A stretch of DNA of 64,000 bases, from NCBI GenBank assembly GCA_963734265.1, contig CAVTGN010000002.1, positions 417,102 through 481,101 of the forward strand, read 5' to 3'. The translations under genes and the position numbers were made by a program. Below the pieces are notes generated by a model. It was not told where the DNA came from. It ran no database searches and saw nothing but the letters and a program-made list of their open reading frames with translations. Below are positions 26,562 through 35,989 of the stretch, piece after piece; the first letter of the stretch is position 1, and every line of letters begins with the position of its first letter. The stretch comes from Terriglobia bacterium. GTDB taxonomy: Bacteria; Acidobacteriota; Terriglobia; Terriglobales; Acidobacteriaceae.

Positions 26562-27635
26562 TTGCTGATTTCAAACCGAACGGCGCATCCCCGGCGAGCC
26601 AGCCTCCTAGCAGACAGACGCGGTCCGTCTGCGAATGCGGGGAACGCAATCGAAGTCGACCACATCGTCAAGAAGTACGGCGATTTCACCGCCGTGGATG
26701 ACGTCTCCTTCAATGTCAAAGAAGAGGAAATCTTCGGCTTGCTGGGGCCAAATGGCGCCGGCAAATCCACGTTGATCCGCATGATGACCACGCTCATTCC
26801 AATCACCGCCGGCTCGGCGCGGATTGCCGGACATGACGTCGCGAAAGATCCCGACGCAGTCCGCCGCACCATCGGCGTGATCCCTCAGGCGCTCACCAGT
26901 GATCTCGATTTGAGCGTCGAAGAAAACCTCAGCATCTACGCCAAGCTCTACGACGTCCCCGCCAACAAACGACAAAGCACCATCGACGAACTCTTGGGCT
27001 TGGTCGACCTGACGAAGTGGCGAGACGCACAGACCAAGACGCTCTCGGGCGGCATGCGCCGCAGGCTGGAAATCGCGCGCGGCCTGGTACATAGCCCACG
27101 TATTTTCTTTCTCGACGAGCCGACCACCGGCCTCGATCCCGTTTCACGGGTTGCGGTGTGGGAAATGCTGATGAATATCAAGTCACACCGTCAGCTCACC
27201 ATCCTGATTACGACGCATTACATGGACGAGGCCGACCGCCTGTGTGACCGCATTGCCATCGTGGATCATGGCAAGCTGGTGGCGCTGGACACGCCACCGG
27301 CGCTGAAGACGAGTGTTCCCGGCTCGAATGTAATCGAAGCGCAGTTCGACAATGCGCCCGCAGACTGGGAGCAAAAGTTGCATGCGTTGAGCGGCGTCAC
27401 CTCGGTGCAGCATGAGGGGGCGGGTATGTATCGCATCCTTACCGGCGACGGATCGCGCGCCACCACCGAACTGGTAGAAACCGCGGTGCAGGCGGGCGTG
27501 GTCGTGAAGTCGCTGTCAGTACAAAACACTACACTGGACGACGTCTTCGTCCATTACACGGGACGGCAGTTGCGCGACGAACTGGTGAAAGCGCACAGCT
27601 TTGTCATGCCGCCCAGACCTGGAATGCAGCAATGA
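26562..27635 (+). CDS. ABC transporter ATP-binding protein (DrrA/ABC-2 type)
   Basis: Walker A GPNGAGKST, signature LSGGMRRRLE and Walker B IFFLDEPTTGLD are present. The start is uncertain: TTG 26562, or ATG 26558 in the -1 frame if there is another 1-nt insertion. Confidence 0.88.
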   Translation: MLISNRTAHPRRASLLADRRGPSANAGNAIEVDHIVKKYGDFTAVDDVSFNVKEEEIFGLLGPNGAGKSTLIRMMTTLIPITAGSARIAGHDVAKDPDAVRRTIGVIPQALTSDLDLSVEENLSIYAKLYDVPANKRQSTIDELLGLVDLTKWRDAQTKTLSGGMRRRLEIARGLVHSPRIFFLDEPTTGLDPVSRVAVWEMLMNIKSHRQLTILITTHYMDEADRLCDRIAIVDHGKLVALDTPPALKTSVPGSNVIEAQFDNAPADWEQKLHALSGVTSVQHEGAGMYRILTGDGSRATTELVETAVQAGVVVKSLSVQNTTLDDVFVHYTGRQLRDELVKAHSFVMPPRPGMQQ

Positions 27636-28744
27636 ACCGGATGTTGGCCATTGTCGAGCGCGAAATGCGCAAGTTCTTCCGCTCCCCGGCACTGATGTTC
27701 GTGTCGATGATCTTCCCGCTGGTGCAGCTCATCGTTCTGGGAAATGCTTTCGGCGGCAAGATACGCGACGCCCGCCTGGGCCTGGTGGATCAGGATGGAG
27801 GAACGCAGGCGTTAAGAATTCGCGAGGCCTTCGATTCTGTCCGCGCCAACATGCGGACGTTTGAGCCGATCTATTACAGCGACCCCAAGAAGGCGATGGA
27901 AGACGTGCGCAACGGGAAGATCGAGGGCGCAGTCATTATTCCGCCGCAATATTCCCGCAAGGTTTACGAGCACGACCAGCCGCAGATCGCGCTGGTGGTG
28001 GACAACAGCGACAATTTCATGAGCGCAGCTCTCGAAGATGAAATGACGCAGATCACCAACGCATTGAATAATCCGGTGGTCGAGCCCCGAATCCTGCAGC
28101 AGAGCGTGCTGCAGATCGTCGAAATGTATCCCTATATCGAATATATGAAATTCCTGCTGCCGGGCTCGATCACGCTGGCCATATTCATGTCGGTAATGAT
28201 CGGCGGAGGCATGCTCTACATTGACGACAAGGCCCGCGGAGTTCACGAAGGCTATCTGGTGACTCCGATCACCAAGACCGAACTGGTTCTCGGCCTCAAC
28301 GCATCGAGCGCGGTCAAGGCAGTGATGGTGGGAGTGGTCATCACTGTGGTCGGGTCGCTGCTGGCCGGCGTCGGTACCCTGTTCAGTTTTTCCACGGCGC
28401 TGGGCCTGTTCATCATGATCGCGCTGACCGCAGTAGCCTTGAACGCGATGATGTTCCTGCTGGTGGTGCGGGTCGATGATCCGCTGGTGCCGCGCGCGAT
28501 TTTTGGAATCCTCAACACGCTGCTGTTTTTCCCCAGCGGCGCGGTTTATCCCATCCAGGCGTTTCCCTGGTGGCTGCGAGGCATCGCCAAAGTGGACCCG
28601 TTCACTTTTGCCGTACATGGCTTCAAGACCTTGCTGCTGAAGGAAGCTGGCCTGTCAGCCATCGTTCCGGACATGATTTATTTATCGCTGTTCGCGGTGG
28701 TAGCGCTCAGCATAGCCACGCCACTCTTCAAGCGAACACTGTAG
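27632..28744 (+). CDS. ABC-2 type transporter permease
   Basis: 370 aa with an N-terminal TM helix, a large external loop and a C-terminal 5-TM block. The ATGA overlap with the ATPase stop indicates translational coupling. Confidence 0.85.
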   Translation: MNRMLAIVEREMRKFFRSPALMFVSMIFPLVQLIVLGNAFGGKIRDARLGLVDQDGGTQALRIREAFDSVRANMRTFEPIYYSDPKKAMEDVRNGKIEGAVIIPPQYSRKVYEHDQPQIALVVDNSDNFMSAALEDEMTQITNALNNPVVEPRILQQSVLQIVEMYPYIEYMKFLLPGSITLAIFMSVMIGGGMLYIDDKARGVHEGYLVTPITKTELVLGLNASSAVKAVMVGVVITVVGSLLAGVGTLFSFSTALGLFIMIALTAVALNAMMFLLVVRVDDPLVPRAIFGILNTLLFFPSGAVYPIQAFPWWLRGIAKVDPFTFAVHGFKTLLLKEAGLSAIVPDMIYLSLFAVVALSIATPLFKRTL

Positions 28745-28745
28745 C

Positions 28746-28960
28746 TGTCATCCTGAGCGCAGCATTGCGTTTCGCCTGCGAAACGCAATGCGGAGTCGAA
28801 GGACCCCTACTGTTCCACCACTCGGTCCCGCTTGGGGTCTCGTGCCGCGCCCGAGTTCCGGAAGAAAAGGTACCGAACTCCAGCCCCAGTTGCTCAAAAG
28901 GGATCCTTCGACTTCGTGACTGCTTCGCGAAGCGAAGCAATTCCTCCGCTCAGGATGACA
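28746..28960. repeat. REP-A copy 3
   Basis: TGTCATCCTGAGCGCAGCATTGCGTTTCGCCTGCGAAACGCAATGCGGAGTCGAAGGACCCCT ... GGGATCCTTCGACTTCGTGACTGCTTCGCGAAGCGAAGCAATTCCTCCGCTCAGGATGACA. It starts 1 nt after the permease stop. Confidence 0.9.
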
Positions 28961-29006
28961 AGGGAACTTTTACCTGCGTCCGCCAATCTATTATGCTTAG
29001 AGTTCT

Positions 29007-29465
29007 ATGACTCTGCTCGATGCCACACCATACGATCCGGGACCGGCGCGACGGCGCAGGATTAAGATTCTCGTATGCGTAGTTGTCGTAATCGTGCTGG
29101 CCATCATTGTCTGGACGAATCGCTACTGGTCGGAAGAGCGGGTGGTCGAGAAGTTTTTCGCCGCGCTGAAAAATAAAGACTACGACACTGCCTACAGCAT
29201 CTATTTTGCCGACCCGCAATGGAAAGAACATCCTCAAAAATATTCCCGGTATCCCTTGAGCCAGTTCACCCAGGACTGGGGTTCGGGCGGGCCGTGGGGC
29301 GTCATCAATACGTATAAGGTGTATGGCGCGAGCAGTTGCAGCGGCGGTGGAAGCGGGATCGTAGTCGACGTCGTAGTCAACGATCGCGCCGAGCACGCGC
29401 AACTATGGGTGGAGAAATCCGATAAGACCTTGAGCCTGCCACCCTGCGAGCTGCTGTTTCGCTAA
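29007..29465 (+). CDS. hypothetical membrane-anchored protein (152 aa)
   Basis: TM helix ILVCVVVVIVLAIIVW, then VVEKFFAALKNKDYDTAYSIYF (an NTF2/SnoaL-like start). No family recognised. Confidence 0.6.
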   Translation: MTLLDATPYDPGPARRRRIKILVCVVVVIVLAIIVWTNRYWSEERVVEKFFAALKNKDYDTAYSIYFADPQWKEHPQKYSRYPLSQFTQDWGSGGPWGVINTYKVYGASSCSGGGSGIVVDVVVNDRAEHAQLWVEKSDKTLSLPPCELLFR

Positions 29466-29493
29466 CCTCGACGCGGAGCTGGCGCTCGGCATT

Positions 29494-29620
29494 GGGGTTC
29501 ACAAGGGTTCGCTTCGAAGTGATCCTTAAAAAATAGCTTGGGTTCGAGAGCAGTCGGGTTTCGAGGACAGCCACTTTCGAGAACACCCGGGTTCGGGAAG
29601 GGCACGACTTCAGTCGTGCC
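29494..29620. repeat. degenerate GGGTTCGAG tandem array ending in REP-H copy 2
   Basis: Units are GGGTTCGAGAGCAGTC (29540-29555), GGGTTTCGAGGACAGCC (29556-29572), ACTTTCGAGAACACCC (29573-29588) and GGGTTCGGGAAGGGCA (29589-29604). Two looser GGGTTC units lie at 29494-29520. The hairpin GGCACGAC-TTCA-GTCGTGCC ends at 29620. Confidence 0.7.
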
Positions 29621-29722
29621 ACAAAGCCGGCTCATGGAGTTCGGCTTTAGCCGCTGGGGCCGTCTGTTTGATCGCTAGCCTGTCTGGCCGCCAATTGCTC
29701 CAACGTTTTCTGCAGCGACGCT

Positions 29723-30631
29723 TCATCGCCGACATTGAGACACGATTTCGAGCGGTCGATCTGCCGCATCAAGCCCGCACAACACTTTGCCCGGGCCGAC
29801 TTCCAAGAACGACTGGACTCCTTTCGCGATCAGAAGCCGCATCGACTGATCCCATTTCACCGCTCCTGTAACCTGTCGAACCAGCGCGTCGCAGGCGATC
29901 CCGCCGTTTTCGACTAACGCCGCATCTACGTTGCATACCACTGGAATCGCCGGCTTTTCCAACTTGAGCAAGGCCAAATCCGCAGCCAGCCGATCCTGAG
30001 CCGGCTTCATCAGCGAGCAGTGAAAGGGTGCGCTGACCGATAGCATGATCGCCCGCTTGGCTCCGCGCTCACTGGCCAGCTTGGTGGCGCGCTCGACCGC
30101 TGCCGTATGTCCGGAAATTACTATCTGTTCGGCAGAATTGATGTTGGCGGGCTCGCAAATTTCGCCTTGGGCGGCATCCGAGCAAACGGTCGTGACCTTC
30201 TCCAGATCCATCCCCAGAATCGCAGCCATGGCGCCCACTCCGGCGGGAACTGCTTCCTGCATATATTTACCGCGATTGCGCACCGTGCGCACCGCATCGG
30301 AAAAACTCAGCGTCCCCGCCGCCACATGGGCGGAGTATTCGCCCAAACTATGTCCGGCGACAAAGCTCGGGTTCAAGCCCTTTTCGCACAAAACTCGCCA
30401 GGCAGCGGTCGACGCCGTGAGAATTGCGGGTTGGGTGATCTCCGTCATTCGCAACTTTTCTTCCGGACCTTCAAAACACAATTGCGACAGCTTGAAACCG
30501 AGTGCCTCATCGGCTTCTTCGAAGGTTTGGCGAGCAACGGAATATTTTTCTGCCAGTTCCTTGCCCATACCAACGGCTTGGGATCCCTGGCCGGGAAATA
30601 GAAATGCGATCGCGGATGGAGATGCAGTCAT
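29723..30631 (-). CDS. fabD: ACP S-malonyltransferase
   Basis: Start MTASPSAIAFLFPGQGSQAVGMG. The active site GHSLGEYSA is present. Length 302 aa. Confidence 0.92.
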   Translation of the reverse strand: MTASPSAIAFLFPGQGSQAVGMGKELAEKYSVARQTFEEADEALGFKLSQLCFEGPEEKLRMTEITQPAILTASTAAWRVLCEKGLNPSFVAGHSLGEYSAHVAAGTLSFSDAVRTVRNRGKYMQEAVPAGVGAMAAILGMDLEKVTTVCSDAAQGEICEPANINSAEQIVISGHTAAVERATKLASERGAKRAIMLSVSAPFHCSLMKPAQDRLAADLALLKLEKPAIPVVCNVDAALVENGGIACDALVRQVTGAVKWDQSMRLLIAKGVQSFLEVGPGKVLCGLDAADRPLEIVSQCRR

Positions 30632-30736
30632 GTTTAAGTTTTGTATTGCTCTTGCTCTGCGTTGGGGGCAGCGCCAGTCTAAGCTCAGCAATTTCCGGTG
30701 AGCTTCGCTCGCCTGCCCTGACGAGGACGTCCGGGC

Positions 30737-31762
30737 CTATGTGCTTACCGTGACCGCGTGCCTCAGCCCCGCCAGTTCCTTGGCGATTTTTTCATTAATA
30801 TTGCGTTCGGCGAATTCGGCGGCCACGCGCAGGGCATTTTTGATCGCATTCACATTGGACGACCCGTGGGTGATGAAGCACACGCCCTTCACCCCGAGCA
30901 AAGGAGCGCCGCCATATTCGGTATGGTCCAGGCGTTTTTTGAAATCGTGAAAGGCGCTGCGGGAGAGCAGGTATCCGACCTGTCGCGTAATAGTGGCCTT
31001 CAAAGTTTCTTTGAGCGTGGCGCGGACCAGGTTGGCCACGCCTTCAGACGTTTTCAGCGCCACGTTCCCCACAAACCCGTCGGCGACGATCACGTCCACC
31101 TTGCCGCTGTAGATGTCGCGGCCTTCCACGTTGCCGATAAAATTGAGCGGCAACCGCTTCAGAAGCTGGAAGGCTTCACGGGTTAACTCGTTGCCCTTGG
31201 TTTCTTCTTCGCCGATGGAGAGCAGACCGACCCGCGGACGCCGCGTGCCGAACATGCTGCGAAAATAAATCTCCCCCATGACCGCGAACTGTTCCAGATT
31301 GTCCGGCTTGCAGTCCACGTTCGCGCCGACGTCGAGCAAGATGGCGACCGTGCTTACGGCGGTTGGAAAAACCGCGGCCAGTGCGGGACGATCGACTCCC
31401 GGGATTCCTCCCAGCACCATTTTCGCCGTGGCCATCGCCGCGCCCGTATTGCCGGCGGTGACGAAACCCGCGGCGCGGCCTTCCCGCACCAGCCTTACCC
31501 CTACGTGGATTGAGGAGTCGCGTTTGGAACGCACGGCCTGAACGGCCTTGTCGTCCATGGTGATGACTTCGCTGGCATGAACGATGTGAATGGGTAGACC
31601 GGCGGCGGAAGGATAACGCTCAAGCTCGGCTCGCAACTCCGGTTCGTTTCCGACCAGAAGGGTGCTCACGCCGTGGTGCCGCGCGGCCTGAATCGCACCT
31701 TCGATTTCAGGCTTCGGCGCCCGGTCCGAGCCCATCGCGTCCAAGGCTATGACGCTTGGCAT
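30737..31762 (-). CDS. plsX: phosphate acyltransferase PlsX
   Basis: 341 aa. [23 protein letters not shown]...[10 protein letters not shown]...[12 protein letters not shown], in the conserved position after rpmF. Confidence 0.92.
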   Translation of the reverse strand: MPSVIALDAMGSDRAPKPEIEGAIQAARHHGVSTLLVGNEPELRAELERYPSAAGLPIHIVHASEVITMDDKAVQAVRSKRDSSIHVGVRLVREGRAAGFVTAGNTGAAMATAKMVLGGIPGVDRPALAAVFPTAVSTVAILLDVGANVDCKPDNLEQFAVMGEIYFRSMFGTRRPRVGLLSIGEEETKGNELTREAFQLLKRLPLNFIGNVEGRDIYSGKVDVIVADGFVGNVALKTSEGVANLVRATLKETLKATITRQVGYLLSRSAFHDFKKRLDHTEYGGAPLLGVKGVCFITHGSSNVNAIKNALRVAAEFAERNINEKIAKELAGLRHAVTVST

Positions 31763-31774
31763 GGAGAGTTCAGG

Positions 31775-31960
31775 CTAGCTGGCTTCTTTGACGTCCAGAA
31801 CTTCACGGCCCTTATAGTAGCCGCATTTGGGACAGGCGCGGTGCGGCATCTTGCGCTCGTGGCAGTTTGGGCACTCGGAGAGCGAGTGAGTCTTCAGTCC
31901 GTCATGAGCGCGCCGACTGCTGGTGCGCGCTTTGGAGTGTCGCCGTTTCGGATTTGGCAT
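31775..31960 (-). CDS. rpmF: 50S ribosomal protein L32
   Basis: MPNPKRRHSKARTSSRRAHDGLK...CPNCHERKMPHRACPKCGYYKGREV. Confidence 0.95.
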   Translation of the reverse strand: MPNPKRRHSKARTSSRRAHDGLKTHSLSECPNCHERKMPHRACPKCGYYKGREVLDVKEAS

Positions 31961-32036
31961 GATTCCTCTGGTTTTCCTTAAAGCTCAATTTCGTTTCGTC
32001 TTGTCTCGCAAATCTTGCCTAGCAAATCGCAGAACC

Positions 32037-32085
32037 TGTCATCCTGAGAGCCAGCGTTTTGCTTCGCTGGCCGAAGGATCTCAGT
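32037..32085. repeat. REP-A solo left half
   Basis: TGTCATCCTGAGAGCCAGCGTTTTGCTTCGCTGGCCGAAGGATCTCAG has the left terminus and the first hairpin, but no matching right terminus nearby. Confidence 0.7.
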
Positions 32086-32138
32086 CGGCACGAACGTTGA
32101 TGTTCTTGCCGCAACGATCTAGAGCCGGTGAGCGAACC

Positions 32139-32690
32139 TCAGTGATCCAGCTTGCCGCGAATGTCTTTCAGCGCTGACCAGCGCGGATCCTCCACAGCGT
32201 CAGCGCAAGCGCATTGTTCCGCATTCAGATTCTTCCCGCAGTGCGGACAAAGCCCCTTGCAGTCATCACGGCAAATTACTTTCAAGGGAAGCGCCAGCAA
32301 AACCTGCTCCTGCAAAACGTCTTCCAGCAGCAGCCCCTCACCCTGATAATAGCTGACTTCAGCTTCGGCCGAGGTCACCGAGAGCTCTTCGCGTCCCGCG
32401 TCCGCGCCCTGGGGACGATACAGCAAATCAAATTGATGCTTTACGTCCTGGATGACCGGCTCAAGACAGCGCGCGCAGGCCAGCTCAACCCGCGTGGCCA
32501 GACTTCCGTCTAGCCGTATGTCTTTTATTATCTTGTGCTTACCGTGCTGCTCCTCGACCAGCTGAGCGCGCCCGGCGGTATGCAGCGCTCCCACCTGCCG
32601 CAAGTCTTCTCCCAGGTCGAGCACGTCGGGAGGAATTTCCTCTTCGAAATCAATGGGATGAAGTTCTAATTCGTGAATTTCAATGAACAT
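32139..32690 (-). CDS. yceD: YceD/DUF177 family protein (23S rRNA accumulation protein)
   Basis: Start MFIEIHELELHPIDFEEE. C-terminal CRDDCKGLCPHCGKNLNAEQCAC. It sits in the canonical position upstream of rpmF. Confidence 0.85.
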   Translation of the reverse strand: MFIEIHELELHPIDFEEEIPPDVLDLGEDLRQVGALHTAGRAQLVEEQHGKHKIIKDIRLDGSLATRVELACARCLEPVIQDVKHQFDLLYRPQGADAGREELSVTSAEAEVSYYQGEGLLLEDVLQEQVLLALPLKVICRDDCKGLCPHCGKNLNAEQCACADAVEDPRWSALKDIRGKLDH

Positions 32691-32886
32691 CAGGCACCCC
32701 CCGCGCCGCCAACCTCGTACCGCGAAGACCCGCGGAAGCACGCTCTGAAGAGCAGGTTCTCCAGGAACAGAATTCAAGGATAAAGGGCGTAGAAAAAGGT
32801 GTCAAGGAAGAGGAATGCGGCGAGAGCACACACCGGTCGGGTTTGAACTCATCCGGGTATCATGGTCGCTTCAGCGTAAGCAAACC

Positions 32887-34531
32887 ATGAGCGAGAATGC
32901 CGCGACGTCAAAAGACTTGCCCGATCCGCGACCTTATTCTGGCCTCGCTAATTCGGGCACGGCGCCGGGGTTCGTTCTGCTGCTGGCATTTCTGCTGCGA
33001 CTTTGGAAAGCCTCTGGCACTTTTCTGAACCTCGACGAGGCCATGCACTGTCTCGCCGCATCCAGGCCCTCATTGGCCGAGGCCTACCGGGCCGGCCTGG
33101 GTTTGGCGCATCCTCCTCTGCTGATTCTGTTGTTGAACCTCTGGCGGAGATTTGGAACGTCAGAATTATTTCTGCGGTTGCCGTCGGTGATTGCAGGCAC
33201 GATCTTCTGCTGGATATTCTTCAAATGGCTGACCCGGCTTCTCGGTCCTGCCGCCGGATGGACCGGCTTCGTGCTGGTCAAGTTTTCTTCCGCCGTTCGT
33301 CGAGCTTTCCGCTGAAATCCGCCAGTACTCGCTGCTGCTCTGCTTCCTGATCGCGGCAGCGTATTTTCTTGAGCTCGCGTTCGCGGAAAACTCCGGGAAG
33401 GAGATGTTGCTGTTTTTCTTCTTCCTCTATCTCGCCATGCTCACTCACTTCTCTGCGATTCTCTTCGCCGGAGCCGTGGGAGTTTATTCACTGTGGCGAT
33501 TATTCAGCGCCCCAGTCTCGCGAACCGTTGCGACAATTTGGATCGCTGGTCAGGCCGGGGCCCTGGGACTGTTGGCTTACCTCTACACCACGCAAATTGC
33601 GAATCTGAAAGACAGCGCATCGTCGCAGAACATGCAGATGTTGCTGGCCAACTCCTATTTTCATCGGGGACGCGATCATCTGCTTTCGTTCATCTTCGCC
33701 CGAACCTTCGGCGTTCTCCAATACACGTTCGGACAGCTTGCAGTCGGGGATATCGCGGGCGTGTTATTTATTTACGGAATCGCGCTTCTGTTGAATGCTA
33801 AAAGAATTGAGGTTGAAGGAATAAACGACCCACGCGCGCCGTCCTCCCGACAGCTGGGGATTTTTCTGATCCTGCCCTTCGTGCTGAATTGTCTGGCGGC
33901 GATTGTGGATCTGTATCCCTATGGAGGAACGCGGCACTCGGCCTTTCTTCTGCCCTTTGCGGTTACCGCTGTCAGCGTGGCCCTGGCGAAGTTGACTCGC
34001 CAAAGATTGGCTTATACCTTGTGCATCGCTTTTCTGGTGGCTGCGGTCTGCCAGGTTTCTGGCGTGCCGCATCGGCCCTACATACCTCGGGAAGACCAGC
34101 GCCGTGCCCACATGACCGAGGCCATTGCTGCCATCCGGCAACAGGTTCGGCCCGGGGACACCATCTTCGTCGATTTCCAAACCAGCTTCCTGCTGAGGTT
34201 TTATCTCTGCCCCGAAGTTGGTTACGGCGTCTTCTCCGCTGCTGGCCTCAGACAGTTTGCCTGCGGCGGAGAAAACATAATTGCGACCGACGCCGAAACC
34301 AACATCCTGACCGCGCAATTGTTCGCGCACCGCTTGGACGATGTGGTTAGAGCCTACGATCTAAAATCAGGTCAAACCGTTTGGGTATTTCAAGCAGGAT
34401 GGGACGCCAACCTGGCGCGGAACTTACAGGAGAAATTTCCTGACTTTCACAACCTGCAGCCAGAATCCTTCGGCCACAACATTTCTTTATTCAAGCTGAT
34501 CGTCGGACAACCTATGGCGAGCCTGCAATGA
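32887..34531 (+). CDS. GT-C fold glycosyltransferase (family 39 / ArnT-PMT-like), interrupted by a 1-nt insertion
   Basis: ORF 32815..33315 (MSENAATS...LLRLWKASGTFLNLDEAMHCL...) and ORF 33404..34531 lie in adjacent frames. Frame 2 already reads FLPPFVELSAEIRQYSLLLCFLIAAAYF from 33284. Deleting one T of TTTT 33283-33286 gives a 547-aa multi-TM protein. Confidence 0.7.
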
Positions 34532-34537
34532 GATTCC

Positions 34538-35263
34538 CTACTTCATCTCCTGCAACTTCTGCGTAGCGAATTGCGCCACTTCGCTGGCGGGATTTTCCTT
34601 TTGCATCTGCTCGTAAACCCGTTTGGCTTCGGCTGGCTGGTTGGTCGACCTGTAAGTGTCTGCCAGTTCAAGCTGGGCGCTGGCTTTGCCAACGCTTCGA
34701 GTCGGCTTCGCGATCAGGCCGTTGTAGATGTCGATCGCGTCTTTGGTGCGGTTGGTATCGCGATAAATCGAGGCCAGGGCCAATTTGGCGAGCGCCGCCA
34801 GATCCTCGTTGTGAGAAGAAGCCACGTCCTTCAAGTCTCGCTCCGCCGCGGCATTGTCGCCCATTTGGGCTGAAGTAAGACCGAGAAAGTAGCGGGCAAA
34901 TTCCGCCGTCCGGGTGTGAGGATACTTATCCAGTACGGTCTGGAATTTCTTGTGAGCTTCGGTCGCACGCTCCTTGACCGAAGTGAAGCTCGGAATGTCG
35001 GCTTCCGCCGGGGTGCCCGCAGGCCGCAACGAAGTGTCCAAAGTCCGAACCGCCTGGTTCAGCTCCACGCTGGCATTCTGGTCCTGCCGGTTCAGGTAAT
35101 ACCAGCCGCCAAAAGCCGCTCCCAGAACCACGGCCAGAATCACGGCCCCGACTACTAGCTTTGACTTGTGGTCCACAGTCCAGTCGACAGTGGCGCCGGC
35201 AGCGCCGAAGGTGGCCCGGCTGAATCGATCCTGCTTGAGTTGATGACGTGTTTCTGCGCGCAC
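34538..35263 (-). CDS. membrane-anchored tetratricopeptide repeat protein (YfgM-like)
   Basis: 241 aa with a short cytoplasmic N-terminus, TM helix LVVGAVILAVVLGAAFGGWYY and TPR-like helical repeats. Confidence 0.65.
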   Translation of the reverse strand: MRAETRHQLKQDRFSRATFGAAGATVDWTVDHKSKLVVGAVILAVVLGAAFGGWYYLNRQDQNASVELNQAVRTLDTSLRPAGTPAEADIPSFTSVKERATEAHKKFQTVLDKYPHTRTAEFARYFLGLTSAQMGDNAAAERDLKDVASSHNEDLAALAKLALASIYRDTNRTKDAIDIYNGLIAKPTRSVGKASAQLELADTYRSTNQPAEAKRVYEQMQKENPASEVAQFATQKLQEMK

Positions 35264-35399
35264 GAACTTCCCTTCTCTGAATTTAGGGCTGGGAGTTGAC
35301 CGACTTTGAGTCTAACACGATGTGGAAAAGCCGGGTTCGGGTCCACCCTCGAGGTACATAGATCGGCAGTGAGTAGCGGCACTCAACTCCTCACAAGCG

Positions 35400-35423
35400 A
35401 AAGCCGCCGGGCTGACCGGCGGC
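35400..35423 (-). terminator. possible intrinsic terminator after dksA
   Basis: Perfect 8-bp stem GCCGCCGG / CCGGCGGC (35403-35423) with loop GCTGA. Only a short TTT run follows on the - strand. Confidence 0.4.
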
Positions 35424-35451
35424 GTCGCTTAATTAAAGAGAATGGTGCGAA

Positions 35452-35820
35452 CTACCTTGAGGTCTCCTCCAGAATTCCCTGCTCCAGCTTCTCCTGGCAT
35501 TCAATGCAGTGCCGTGTCCAGGGAACCGCCTCCAGACGCTTCGCATTGATTTCCTTGCCGCAGGCGATGCACTCCCCGAACTCGCCTTCGCGCAACCGCT
35601 CCAGCGCGCCGTCCACCATTTGCAGAAGTTGGCGGTCGTTATTGCTCTGGTGAAACAGAAATTCCTTGGTATAGGAGCTCGCCGCGCGGTCCGCGATATC
35701 CTGGGCTGAGCCCTCGTCCACAGTGCGGCCGTCCTGTTCTGTGCGGGTCACCATGCGGCGCAGTTCCACCTGCCGCGATTCCAGTCTCTTCTTGAAGTAC
35801 TCCAGCTTCTTTTTATCCAT
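35452..35820 (-). CDS. dksA: DksA/TraR family C4-type zinc-finger transcription factor
   Basis: 122 aa with a coiled-coil N-terminus and CIACGKEINAKRLEAVPWTRHCIECQ. Confidence 0.88.
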   Translation of the reverse strand: MDKKKLEYFKKRLESRQVELRRMVTRTEQDGRTVDEGSAQDIADRAASSYTKEFLFHQSNNDRQLLQMVDGALERLREGEFGECIACGKEINAKRLEAVPWTRHCIECQEKLEQGILEETSR

Positions 35821-35989
35821 GGATAATAGCTTCGCGGCCCACAGGCCTCGTCCTTAATGCGCAGGTATTTGACCGAACGAAAATGATATGCGCTCAAATT
35901 GAGATGCGTCAACTGGGCCAGAGGATTCTTATCCACAATCCGCCAGGGAACCGATTTCACAACAGAGGCAGGATGTTTAACGGCTGCGG

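Noticed and set aside
30632-30736. Absence of fabH between plsX and fabD, and of fabG-acpP-fabF after fabD, as a sign of rearrangement or a novel pathway
   Set aside because: The plsX-fabD spacer is a normal 105 nt with no gene remnant. Dispersed fab genes are common outside Proteobacteria and Firmicutes. This is gene-order variation, not a signal.
35929-35937. A perfect consensus DnaA box TTATCCACA upstream of dksA as an origin or DnaA-regulated promoter
   Set aside because: It is a single isolated 9-mer. My estimate of chance occurrence in 2 x 64 kb is about 0.2-0.5, with no neighbouring boxes or AT-rich tract. Worth remembering only if DnaA ChIP data exist.
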